A stretch of 64,000 nucleotides of DNA from an uncultured Bacteroidota bacterium (lineage in GTDB: Bacteria > Bacteroidota > Bacteroidia > Flavobacteriales > Flavobacteriaceae): positions 22,013-86,012 of the forward strand of contig CACAZM010000001.1 of the NCBI GenBank assembly GCA_902536935.1. The letters run 5' to 3'. Under the pieces are notes generated by a model. It had not been told where the DNA came from, made no database searches, and was given only the letters and a program-made list of their open reading frames with translations. The translations under genes were made by a program, and so were the position numbers. Shown here piece by piece: positions 9,924 to 18,163 of this stretch. How positions within the stretch are numbered: the stretch's first letter is position 1; each line of letters opens with the position of its first letter.

Positions 9924-10328
9924 TTATCCGATGCAGGTGATAAAAATGGTTCTGCCATTTGCTTGGTTCCTGTGTTCGCACAAATACACTCCTTGCCAGA
10001 TTCCGAGTTGAGGAATTCCATTTTTGATTGGAAAGGACACCGATGAACCTAAAATACTACTTTTAATATGGGATGTCATATCGTCTTTTCCTTCCAAAGT
10101 GTGGGTATAATGATCGTCAGATTCTGAAACCAATTTGTTGAAATGAGTTTCAAAATCAACGCGTACGCTTGGGTCAGCATTTTCGTTGATTGTCACACTT
10201 GCAGAAGTGTGTTTGATAAAGACATGCACAATCCCCGTCAGATTAGGTAGTGCAGCAATAATATCATCAGTGATCAAATGAAACCCTCTTGTAAAGGGTT
10301 TTAAGGTAATTTCAGCTTGATAAGTCAT
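9924..10328 (-). CDS. yjbQ: YjbQ/UPF0047 family protein (secondary thiamine-phosphate synthase-like)
   Basis: 134 aa with family motifs HTSASVTINENADPSV, DDMTSHIKSS and LGIWQGVYLCEHR. Confidence 0.85.
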   Translation of the reverse strand: MTYQAEITLKPFTRGFHLITDDIIAALPNLTGIVHVFIKHTSASVTINENADPSVRVDFETHFNKLVSESDDHYTHTLEGKDDMTSHIKSSILGSSVSFPIKNGIPQLGIWQGVYLCEHRNQANGRTIFITCIG

Positions 10329-10336
10329 CTTAATTG

Positions 10337-10411
10337 TGGGTCATACTGGATTCGAACCAGTGACTTCCGCCCTGTCAAGGCGACACTCTGAACCAACTGA
10401 GTTAATGACCC
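10337..10411 (-). tRNA. tRNA-Val (anticodon GAC)
   Basis: Reverse complement is GGGTCATTAACTCAGTTGGTTCAGAGTGTCGCCTTGACAGGGCGGAAGTCACTGGTTCGAATCCAGTATGACCCA. It folds by hand into a cloverleaf with a 7-bp acceptor stem, a TCGCC/GGCGG anticodon stem, a TTGACAG loop and a GGTTCGAATCC T-arm. CCA is not encoded. Confidence 0.9.
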
Positions 10412-10420
10412 AAGGGTCGC

Positions 10421-10428
10421 CAAAAATA
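10421..10428 (-). promoter_or_regulatory. Candidate -7 box (TAttTTTG) for tRNA-Val
   Basis: Plus strand reads caaaaata, an exact TAnnTTTG on the minus strand ending 9 nt before the mature tRNA 5' end. Confidence 0.45.
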
Positions 10429-10449
10429 AGACAAAATCACTAGATTGTT

Positions 10450-10457
10450 TATGTTTG
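10450..10457 (+). promoter_or_regulatory. Candidate -7 box (TAtgTTTG) for the flavin reductase gene
   Basis: Exact TAnnTTTG, 10 nt before the ATG at 10468. Confidence 0.35.
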
Positions 10458-10467
10458 TAAAAAAGAA

Positions 10468-11085
10468 ATGCTTCACTACACAAGACAGGATATTGATAAG
10501 ATGGAAAAAATTTTCCGCCTCAACCTCATCAATAGTTGCACTGGATACAAATCGGCAAACTTAATCGGGACACAATCTGCTGATGGTAAGACCAATTTGG
10601 CAGTGTTTAGCAGTATCACCCATTTGGGTAGCAATCCCCCTTTGATTGGCTTTGTCTTACGTCCAACCACAGTGCCTAGAGATAGCTATCGAAATATCAA
10701 AGCCTCCTCTTTGTTTACCGTCAATCACATTCATCACGATACTGTCGCTGATGCACATCACACCTCTGCTAAATATCCAGAAAATGTTTCGGAGTTTAGC
10801 AAAACGGACTTCGAGCCTGAATATATCGATGGTTTTCAAGCGCCATTTGTCAAAGACGCCAAAGTACGTCTGGCTTGCAAATTCCGCAATGAGTATCCCA
10901 TCAAAGAAAACAATACCCTGCTCCTAGTCAGTGAAATCCTTTCGATTCATCTTGAGGACGGCATCATAGAAGGTGACGGCTGGCTCAATCTTCAACAAGC
11001 AGGTTCAGTTACTATCAACGGTTTAGACGGCTACGCCAAGCCCGAACTGATCGATCGTTTTCAATATGCTAAACCCACACGCTGA
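10468..11085 (+). CDS. Flavin reductase-like (FMN-binding split-barrel) family protein
   Basis: 205 aa with the typical family N-terminus (FRLNLINSCTGYKSANLIGT...NLAVFSS). The stop overlaps the next start (TGATG). Confidence 0.7.
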   Translation: MLHYTRQDIDKMEKIFRLNLINSCTGYKSANLIGTQSADGKTNLAVFSSITHLGSNPPLIGFVLRPTTVPRDSYRNIKASSLFTVNHIHHDTVADAHHTSAKYPENVSEFSKTDFEPEYIDGFQAPFVKDAKVRLACKFRNEYPIKENNTLLLVSEILSIHLEDGIIEGDGWLNLQQAGSVTINGLDGYAKPELIDRFQYAKPTR

Positions 11086-11720
11086 TGAATTTTATTTCTG
11101 ATAAACTCCAACAGTATATCGATGACCACACAATGGAGGAGTCCAATTTACTCAAAGCATTGGACAGAGAAACCCATCAAAAGGTACTCCAACCCAGAAT
11201 GCTCAGTGGGTCATACCAAGGCCGATTATTGGCACTATTATCAAAGATGATTGGACCGAAAAAGATCCTAGAGATTGGTACCTATACTGGCTATGCTACT
11301 TTGTGTATGGCTGAGGGTTTGACTACGGGTGGATCGATAGATACCATCGACCACAATGAAGAGTTGGCAGACATGCAGCGTCGTTATTTTAACCAATCCC
11401 CTTATGGCAGGCAAATTGTTCAACACCTTGGCGAAGCCAAAGACATTCTCAAAACCCTTGCTGGACCCTATGACTTGGTGTTTCTCGATGCCGATAAGGA
11501 AAACTACCCCCATTATTTTGATTTGATTATCGACAAGCTCAAAACTGGTGGTATTCTCTTATCCGACAATGTACTATGGTCGGGAAAAGTATTGGAGAAA
11601 GCTACCGACGAAGCAACATCTGCTTTGCAAGAATACAATCATAAAATCAATACAGATGTGAGAGTGGAGACCGTTCTTCTCCCGGTCAGAGACGGCCTAA
11701 CGATTACCAGAAAGCGCTAG
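11085..11720 (+). CDS. Class I SAM-dependent O-methyltransferase (caffeoyl-CoA OMT / YrrM-like)
   Basis: SAM motif ILEIGTYTGYATL, the acidic DLVFLDADKENY motif, and a typical OMT family 3 length of 211 aa. Confidence 0.8.
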   Translation: MNFISDKLQQYIDDHTMEESNLLKALDRETHQKVLQPRMLSGSYQGRLLALLSKMIGPKKILEIGTYTGYATLCMAEGLTTGGSIDTIDHNEELADMQRRYFNQSPYGRQIVQHLGEAKDILKTLAGPYDLVFLDADKENYPHYFDLIIDKLKTGGILLSDNVLWSGKVLEKATDEATSALQEYNHKINTDVRVETVLLPVRDGLTITRKR

Positions 11721-11980
11721 CTTTTTCGTTTGACTGACCCAGCGATATCTTCTACCTCGTCTTTGACTTCTTTGATGTCTTGCTCGATTTGTTTGGTGTC
11801 TAAGCCCTGTTTTTCAGCAGACTTTTTAATTTCATCTTTAATGTCTTGGGTCGCATTGCGCACCTGTCGCATGCCTTTACCCAAAGTCCGTGCGATGTCT
11901 GGCACCTTATCAGCACCAAAAACAAGAAGAATAATAAAAAATACGAAGACGAGTTCAGCTCCGCTGATAAAGTAAATCAT
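11717..11980 (-). CDS. tatA: Twin-arginine translocase subunit TatA/E
   Basis: 87 aa with an N-terminal TM helix then LLVFGADKVPDIARTLGKGMRQ, an amphipathic helix and an acidic tail. Confidence 0.85.
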   Translation of the reverse strand: MIYFISGAELVFVFFIILLVFGADKVPDIARTLGKGMRQVRNATQDIKDEIKKSAEKQGLDTKQIEQDIKEVKDEVEDIAGSVKRKS

Positions 11981-12011
11981 CGGGTAAAGATAGGCAGTTC
12001 TGCTGATTCGC

Positions 12012-12055
12012 TCAAAACATAAAGCTGTCTGTCAGTAAAAATGAACCGACAGACA
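12012..12055 (-). terminator. Candidate intrinsic terminator downstream of the M1 peptidase gene
   Basis: Perfect 8-bp inverted repeat tgtctgtc (12026-12033) / gacagaca (12048-12055) with a 14-nt loop. On the minus strand it is followed by GCTTTATGTTTT. Confidence 0.45.
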
Positions 12056-12066
12056 AAATTTTATAT

Positions 12067-14364
12067 TTAGTTGTTTTCTTTAAAGCGGTCAAAATCTGTC
12101 ATGATTTCTTCTCTAGGCCAAGAGTTATTGGTGGTATTTACATCCGCTGTTTCCTCATTGGGATCCACTTGAACACCTACAATTTCCTTTTCAGAAGTCA
12201 ATAACCGGGTGTAGCTATTGTCATTTTTACGCCAAATCTGTACTGGATATCGCTCAGACATTGTGGAGCCATCTGCATAGGTATACTCGACCAAAATCGG
12301 CATGACCAAACCACCCGGTTTGTTAAAGGTAATTTCATACAAATAATTGGCTTTTGCCAAGTTTTCTTGGGCGACTGTGAGTCCACTTTCCTCTAGATAT
12401 TGTGATGCATCGAGATTGGCAAATGGAGGAGTGTTTTCGTTATAACCCTCATCGTCTTCTTTCACCCGAAAAACCAAAGGCGGAAGGTCTTCGATTGAAT
12501 ATCCAAAACGCTCTAGTCTTTCTAAATATGCAGCGGGTGGTTTACTCGTCACTTGTACGTTGTTTACACTTTCCACGCCGATATCCACAAAGTCTGTGGT
12601 ATAGAACCAACCCCTCCAAAACCAGTCTAAATCGACAGCAGAAGCATCTTCCATTGAACGGAAAAAGTCTTCTGGAGTTGGGTGTTTAAACATCCATCGC
12701 TGAGAATAGGTTCTAAACGCCTGGTCAAACAGGTCTGAACCCATGATGGTCTCCCGCAAAATATTGAGTGCAGTAGCAGGTTTTCCATAAGCGTTAGGTC
12801 CCAGTTGAAATACATTTTCGGGATTGGACATAATCGGTGCTAAAAAGTCTTGATCATCCGACATATAGGGAACAATTTTTTTGGCCTCACCTCTACGCGA
12901 TGGGTATTTATCCAAGCCAGGGATTGACTCTGGGTATCGCTGTCCAAACTCTTGCTCCGTTAGATACTGTATAAAAGTAGTTAGACCTTCGTCCATCCAA
13001 CCCCATTGACGTTCGTCGGAATTGACAATCATCGGGAAATAATTATGTCCAATCTCATGAATAATCACTGAAATCATTCCAAATTTGACACGATCACTGT
13101 AGGTTCCATCCTCGTCTGGACGACCGTAATTCCAGCAAATCATGGGGTATTCCATACCTTGATTTTTGGCATGAACCGAAATGGCTTTGTGATACGGGTA
13201 GTCAAAGGTAAACCTCGATACGGTTTCCAGGGTTTGTGCAACTGCACGTGTAGACCATTCTTCCCATAGTGGGTTCCCCTCTTTTGGATAGAGTGAAACG
13301 GCCATGACGTCACGGTCGCCGACCTTGACAGCCATCATATCCCAAATGTATTTTTTAGATGCTGTAAAGCCATAGTCCCGAACATTCTTTGCAAAAAACT
13401 TCCATGTTTTGGTTTTAGTTGTTGTGGTTTTTTCGTTGGCCTCCGCTTCTTGTTGGGTGACAATCATCACAGGCTTATCATAGGTTTTTTTGGCTAGCTT
13501 ATAACGATTCATCATTTCTTTAGAAAACACCTCTTTGCGATTGGTCAGTTCGCCAGTGGCATCCACGATAAAGTTGGCTGGCACGGTAAGATTGACCTCG
13601 TAATCGCCAAAGGGAAGTGCAAACTCGCCATTGCCCCAAAACTGATAGTTTTGCCAGCCCTCGACATCGTCATACATACACATCCGAGGAAAAAATTGTG
13701 CAATCACATAAGCGCGGTTATCGTCTACAGGGAAATACTCATAGCCTGAACGCGCGCGGTTGACCACGTGGTTGTTGATGTTGTACCACCATTTGATGGA
13801 AAAAACCACTTGCCCACCCGAGATTAGTGGGATTGGCAAGTCGATTCGCATCATAGTTTGATTGATAATGTATGGCAGGGGTTTTCCTTGAGCGTCTGTT
13901 ACTTTTTCGATATTAAATCCACCGTCAAAAGGGTCGCCAAGATAGTTATTGGCAAAGGTGGACAACTGGGATACCTGTTCCAGAGACTGGCTGTTTTTCA
14001 AAAGAGCTGGAGAATCTTTTTTTCGGATATTCTGATCGAGCTGCACCCATAAATAGGCCAACGCATCGGGAGAATTGTTGGTATAGGTAATCGTTTCCTC
14101 TCCGTAAAGGCGTTGGGTTTCGTCATCGATTTTGATGTCCATCACATAGTCGGCACGTTGCTGATAGTATGCGGCACCTGGGGCACCACTTGCGGTTCGA
14201 TAATCATTAGGTGTCGAAAACTCGTTGTAGAGCTGACGGAATTTGTTTTGATTGGTATGCCCTTGCTTGGGACCTTCAAGATTTTGTTCTTGGGCTATTG
14301 TCAAGTAAGGGACTAAAAAACAGAATGATAATATTGAGGAAATAAAAAGTTTCATATTGAACAT
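12067..14364 (-). CDS. Secreted M1-family zinc metallopeptidase
   Basis: Signal peptide. HEIGH followed 18 residues later by E (WMDEGLTTF), which is HExxH-x18-E. GMEYP replaces the GAMEN exopeptidase motif. 765 aa, with an alternative ATG 3 codons in. Confidence 0.85.
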   Translation of the reverse strand: MFNMKLFISSILSFCFLVPYLTIAQEQNLEGPKQGHTNQNKFRQLYNEFSTPNDYRTASGAPGAAYYQQRADYVMDIKIDDETQRLYGEETITYTNNSPDALAYLWVQLDQNIRKKDSPALLKNSQSLEQVSQLSTFANNYLGDPFDGGFNIEKVTDAQGKPLPYIINQTMMRIDLPIPLISGGQVVFSIKWWYNINNHVVNRARSGYEYFPVDDNRAYVIAQFFPRMCMYDDVEGWQNYQFWGNGEFALPFGDYEVNLTVPANFIVDATGELTNRKEVFSKEMMNRYKLAKKTYDKPVMIVTQQEAEANEKTTTTKTKTWKFFAKNVRDYGFTASKKYIWDMMAVKVGDRDVMAVSLYPKEGNPLWEEWSTRAVAQTLETVSRFTFDYPYHKAISVHAKNQGMEYPMICWNYGRPDEDGTYSDRVKFGMISVIIHEIGHNYFPMIVNSDERQWGWMDEGLTTFIQYLTEQEFGQRYPESIPGLDKYPSRRGEAKKIVPYMSDDQDFLAPIMSNPENVFQLGPNAYGKPATALNILRETIMGSDLFDQAFRTYSQRWMFKHPTPEDFFRSMEDASAVDLDWFWRGWFYTTDFVDIGVESVNNVQVTSKPPAAYLERLERFGYSIEDLPPLVFRVKEDDEGYNENTPPFANLDASQYLEESGLTVAQENLAKANYLYEITFNKPGGLVMPILVEYTYADGSTMSERYPVQIWRKNDNSYTRLLTSEKEIVGVQVDPNEETADVNTTNNSWPREEIMTDFDRFKENN

Positions 14365-14501
14365 TTTTTTAAATAAAGGAGCTAAAAATAACGAAAAGGA
14401 TTGGATTACATCATGTTTTTTGAAATAGGAATGTTTAAGGACTCATAAAAAAGTATTTAACTCACAAAATAATCTGTCAATGGGCATAGAATAAACAGTA
14501 C

Positions 14502-15002
14502 TTAGAAAAAACGAAACACATCCCGCGCCCTTCCTTGGGATTGCAAAAAGCTTTTTCGTTTTGTTGGGGTTTTGATCCTTACGATATTTTGTTGACCTTC
14601 CAATTCTTCAAAGAGAATGCGGTTTGATACCGCTAAAGTTTTGAGTTCTGCCACGCCCGCTATTTCTAAATACAGAACCAACTGATCGTCTTGATACTCC
14701 TTCCCCAAAACGTTTGGGGTGACGTCTGCGCCATTGAGGTTCAATTCCAAATGCTGTTGGAAATAATCGGAAGAATGGGTCAAGACTTTCTCAGTATCCG
14801 TGTCGGGATCCAAACTAAGAGTTTTGTCATAGTGGGTATTGAGCATCAACTGCCAATCGTCTGTAAACACACGTATCGTGATTTGTAAAGCCGCTCGATC
14901 TGGGCGGTAGTCAATCTCTAAGGTGCTGACATAATAAGGGTGTATCGTAGCTTGTACAAATAGAAAGTACACAAAAAACGAAAAGGCAAAGATTCGGTTC
15001 AT
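14502..15002 (-). CDS. Small secreted protein, DUF6702-like
   Basis: 166 aa with a signal peptide then HPYYVSTLEIDYRPDRAALQITIRVFTDDW, which I recall as the DUF6702 pattern found beside M1 peptidases in Flavobacteriia. This assignment is from memory only. The start overlaps the upstream stop (ATGA). Confidence 0.5.
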   Translation of the reverse strand: MNRIFAFSFFVYFLFVQATIHPYYVSTLEIDYRPDRAALQITIRVFTDDWQLMLNTHYDKTLSLDPDTDTEKVLTHSSDYFQQHLELNLNGADVTPNVLGKEYQDDQLVLYLEIAGVAELKTLAVSNRILFEELEGQQNIVRIKTPTKRKSFLQSQGRARDVFRFF

Positions 15003-15796
15003 CGTTCCTTAGTTTGGGTGTTTGCAAATTGTGTCATCCCTTCCAAAACGAGGGGATGATTGCCATTTAAGTAATCCGTTTGCATATCGGGATTATTTTC
15101 CACACACGCCAATACAAAACCATAAACTTCCTCATCACTCAAAGTGAATTCACGTTGCAAAAAATCGTTCCCATAAAAGTCAATCATAAGAAACACCGTT
15201 TGGAGTTGTTTGTTGAGTTTCCGGCTTTGCCGAAGTCGTTTGTTATAGCCGCTGATTTGTTTGTACATCCCTTCAATATCCAAGGGCATGATGGGCAATA
15301 GCAAAGTGCTTAAAATCAAGTTTCCTGTACTGCTATATATTATTTTTTCGCGACGCTCTCCTTCAAAACCAGGAATTCCAACATCTTTAAAATTGATTGG
15401 GGGAGGCGGAGCAGTGGTAACATCGTCAACGAGGTTACCAGTCAAGTTATGTGGTTTGACAATAACCTCTTGCAGTTCGTTTACAGCATGCTCGATATAC
15501 ACATTGATTTTGGGTTGAGAGAGCACCAAAGAGTCCAAAACCAATGCCTGGAGTTTGATATGAACCGCAGAAAAGAAAATTGTATCTGTAGGTTGAACGC
15601 CAATCGAAAACTCTCCTTTTCGATTGGTAATGGTGGTTGCTCCACTGTTTTTGTTAACCACATGAATCCCCGAAATATCTAGGGAGTCTGAAACGACCTT
15701 TCCCGAAAAATCTTGTATGTTTTGTGCATATCCCATAAAGCCCAGAACCAATACAAACCAGAGAAAAGACCTATTGAGTCCTTGCAAACTTTTCAC
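14999..15796 (-). CDS. CarboxypepD_reg-like domain protein (TonB-receptor N-terminal-extension-like, no barrel), paralog B
   Basis: Signal peptide, then GKVVSDS...ITNRKGEFSIGV...LQEVIVKP, the pattern that precedes the plug in SusC-type receptors. This is followed by a ~130-aa helical region. GTG start, overlapping the upstream gene by 26 nt. Confidence 0.6.
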   Translation of the reverse strand: MKSLQGLNRSFLWFVLVLGFMGYAQNIQDFSGKVVSDSLDISGIHVVNKNSGATTITNRKGEFSIGVQPTDTIFFSAVHIKLQALVLDSLVLSQPKINVYIEHAVNELQEVIVKPHNLTGNLVDDVTTAPPPPINFKDVGIPGFEGERREKIIYSSTGNLILSTLLLPIMPLDIEGMYKQISGYNKRLRQSRKLNKQLQTVFLMIDFYGNDFLQREFTLSDEEVYGFVLACVENNPDMQTDYLNGNHPLVLEGMTQFANTQTKER

Positions 15797-16505
15797 TTTG
15801 TTTGATTAAAAAATCCATCAATTGAAATTCATTTTCCTTTTTCAATAGATCTTTCGCCTCTAATCGGTCATCAATAAACTCCAAAAATAGACCGATTTGG
15901 CCTTGGGGAATATGGAGTTCTTCCGAAAAGAACGCATCTGGATAGATTTGACGAATCACATCGCTTGGCGCATAGGACGAACCGATTTGGCCGTCAGAAT
16001 TCTTTTTGCGTAGAGCCTTATACATCAACTTGAAGATATTAACAAAGTCAACCCCTTCATAAAGTTGGTTTTTTCGTAGAATTTCGTTTTCTACACGGGT
16101 TGATTTATCAGAAGTGTAATCGAATTTTTTAAATTCTTCCTCTTGCAAATCCAGAAACTTTTCTGGGCGTGTGGGGCTCACAACCACCTCGTCGAGAACT
16201 TGTATTTTTTCGTTTACATCGACTACCAAACGATTGCGTTGTAAGATTTCTTTGGTGATGATAAGTACGCGAATTTCATATTGCACAGACGAAATAATGA
16301 GTTCATCTCCGAGTTTTACCTCTATCGCAAATTCTCCATTATCATCCGTGATCGTGGCTTGTTCGGAGTTGGTGTTCAGGATATTGGCAGCAACGACACT
16401 ACTGTCTTGGTATAGCACTTTTCCGCGCAACCAAGTGCGATAGTCTTGTTGCGCTGTTCCAAAAACAGCGCAGAGTAGTATCAGAATGCTAATTTTTTTT
16501 CGCAT
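15771..16505 (-). CDS. CarboxypepD_reg-like domain protein, paralog A
   Basis: Signal peptide, then GKVLYQDSS...ITDDNGEFAIEV...LDEVVVSP. The architecture is clearly paralogous to the downstream gene. Confidence 0.6.
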   Translation of the reverse strand: MRKKISILILLCAVFGTAQQDYRTWLRGKVLYQDSSVVAANILNTNSEQATITDDNGEFAIEVKLGDELIISSVQYEIRVLIITKEILQRNRLVVDVNEKIQVLDEVVVSPTRPEKFLDLQEEEFKKFDYTSDKSTRVENEILRKNQLYEGVDFVNIFKLMYKALRKKNSDGQIGSSYAPSDVIRQIYPDAFFSEELHIPQGQIGLFLEFIDDRLEAKDLLKKENEFQLMDFLIKQSEKFARTQ

Positions 16506-16549
16506 GAGTTCACGTTAAAGGTAGAGAATCGAATGTGAATGCCAAAATT

Positions 16550-16978
16550 TTATAAGCGCTTCACAAAATGAAAGCCCAAATGCACAAAGCCCTCTCGATC
16601 ATAAAAACGATGACCTGCTTTGTTTTCTTTGTAGGCATTCAGCTCTATGGCCTTGAAATTTTTTTTTTGTAGTTGCAATGTAATCCAATCTAGAAATTGC
16701 TTGCCATATCCTTTTCCTTGAAAGGACTCATCAATATAAAAATGATCAAGCTCACAGCTCTTGCCAGAGTAATGCCGTGTTTGGTACCACAAGCCACAAA
16801 AACCAATGAGTTGATTGTCTAAAAGAATAGCAACGCAATCGTAGTCGTAAGCAAACATGGATTTTAATCGATCGAGTAGAACCTTATCTGAATACTTGTT
16901 AGACGTAAAGTCTTGCATGAGCGGAACAATTTGTGCTATATTGTTCTTTGATAAATACGTGAATTCTAAATTCTGCAT
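16550..16978 (-). CDS. GNAT-family N-acetyltransferase
   Basis: Acetyl-CoA binding motif QGKGYGKQFLDW, ~142 aa from the ATG at 16978 (MQNLEFTY). The track start at 17029 adds 17 poor residues. Confidence 0.75.
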   Translation of the reverse strand: MQNLEFTYLSKNNIAQIVPLMQDFTSNKYSDKVLLDRLKSMFAYDYDCVAILLDNQLIGFCGLWYQTRHYSGKSCELDHFYIDESFQGKGYGKQFLDWITLQLQKKNFKAIELNAYKENKAGHRFYDREGFVHLGFHFVKRL

Positions 16979-17429
16979 GGCATCGTCAAAAATACATATT
17001 AAAACCATTTCAGCAGAAACGACCCACATTGTTCGTCATCCTATATTACGTCCGGGGCTTGCTGTCGAAAGCTGTATTTTAGCTGGCGATGAGCTTAAAT
17101 CCACGATTCATCTGGGAGCGTATGATCAAAATACATTGCTTGGCGTTTGTACAATTTTAGACAACCCCAATAATGGCCCATTCAATGAAAGAAATGGACA
17201 AATCCGGGGCATGGCAGTACAAAGCTCCATCCAAAACAATGGGATTGGTCAATTGTTGGTGGAAGAGGCCGAAAACCACGCAAAATCCCGCAATTTTGAA
17301 TTGTTATGGATGAATGCTCGAAAAGGAGCTTCTGGCTTTTATTTGAAGATGGGTTATCAAATTGAGGGATCCGAGTTTGAGATTCCTATTTTTGGACCAC
17401 ACTATGTGATGAAAAAAAAGCTATTATGA
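16977..17429 (+). CDS. GNAT-family N-acetyltransferase
   Basis: RGMAVQSSIQNNGIGQLLVEEAE motif, 150 aa from the ATG at 16977. The track start at 16857 would run antisense through the neighbouring GNAT gene. Confidence 0.75.
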   Translation: MASSKIHIKTISAETTHIVRHPILRPGLAVESCILAGDELKSTIHLGAYDQNTLLGVCTILDNPNNGPFNERNGQIRGMAVQSSIQNNGIGQLLVEEAENHAKSRNFELLWMNARKGASGFYLKMGYQIEGSEFEIPIFGPHYVMKKKLL

Positions 17430-18121
17430 AAGCACTACTAAAGGCTTTATTTTTGTACGTGAGCATGTATACTTCTGCACAAAATATCGATCCCCTTTTG
17501 GTGTTGGGAAAAACTTCACCTCCGCTAGTTGGTAGTATGCAAGAAGAGGTCTATGAAGCCTACGAACTTATGCGCCAGGCAGCTGCCAAAGAGGGCATCG
17601 ACATCAAGGTGGTGTCTGCTCATCGCAGCTATAATCGGCAACGGGAAATTTGGAATGCCAAGTACAAGACTTTGACCTTGCAAGGTCTGCCAGCTAAAGA
17701 TGCGATTCAGGAAATTATTACCTATTCGACCTTACCAGGAACCTCTCGTCACCACTGGGGTACAGACATCGATATCATCGACAATGCCAATCCGCAGTCT
17801 GGTGATGTGTTATTGGCAGAAAAATTTTATGGCGATGGCCCGTCGAGTGCACTACGTTCTTGGATGAACCAACATGCAGCAGACTTTGGCTTTTTGGAAG
17901 TTTATACAGACCATCCCTACCGCAAGGGCTTTGCCCACGAGCCATGGCACTACACCTACCACCCCCTCTCAAAAGCATATTTGGAAATCTTGACAAATCA
18001 CGTTATTTCAGAAATTGCAAAAGATGAGCAGTTGCTCGGGCGTGAGTTTTTAGATGCGGAATTCTTTAAAAGCTACACAGCAGAGCATATTCTGGATATA
18101 AATCCCATATTATTTGACTGA
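17426..18121 (+). CDS. M15-family D-alanyl-D-alanine carboxypeptidase (VanY-like)
   Basis: SAHRSYNRQ, GTSRHHWGTDIDI and EPWHYTY zinc/active-site motifs, plus a signal peptide. The start overlaps the GNAT stop (ATGA). Confidence 0.8.
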   Translation: MKALLKALFLYVSMYTSAQNIDPLLVLGKTSPPLVGSMQEEVYEAYELMRQAAAKEGIDIKVVSAHRSYNRQREIWNAKYKTLTLQGLPAKDAIQEIITYSTLPGTSRHHWGTDIDIIDNANPQSGDVLLAEKFYGDGPSSALRSWMNQHAADFGFLEVYTDHPYRKGFAHEPWHYTYHPLSKAYLEILTNHVISEIAKDEQLLGREFLDAEFFKSYTAEHILDINPILFD

Positions 18122-18151
18122 CAATACGGGTTGCTTTCGCTGGGTTCTACT

Positions 18152-18159
18152 TATCTTTG
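18152..18159 (+). promoter_or_regulatory. Candidate -7 box (TAtcTTTG) for gpmI
   Basis: Exact TAnnTTTG, only 4 nt before the ATG at 18164. Confidence 0.35.
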
Positions 18160-18163
18160 CAGC

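Noticed and set aside
16659-16668. Homopolymer tracts of 10 nt inside coding regions (T10 at 16659-16668 in the GNAT gene, T10 at 32805-32814 in rsmG) as possible phase-variation switches.
   Set aside because: They encode Lys-Lys-Lys/Asn runs in an AT-rich genome. rsmG is a housekeeping gene unlikely to phase-vary. There is no supporting evidence from a single sequence.
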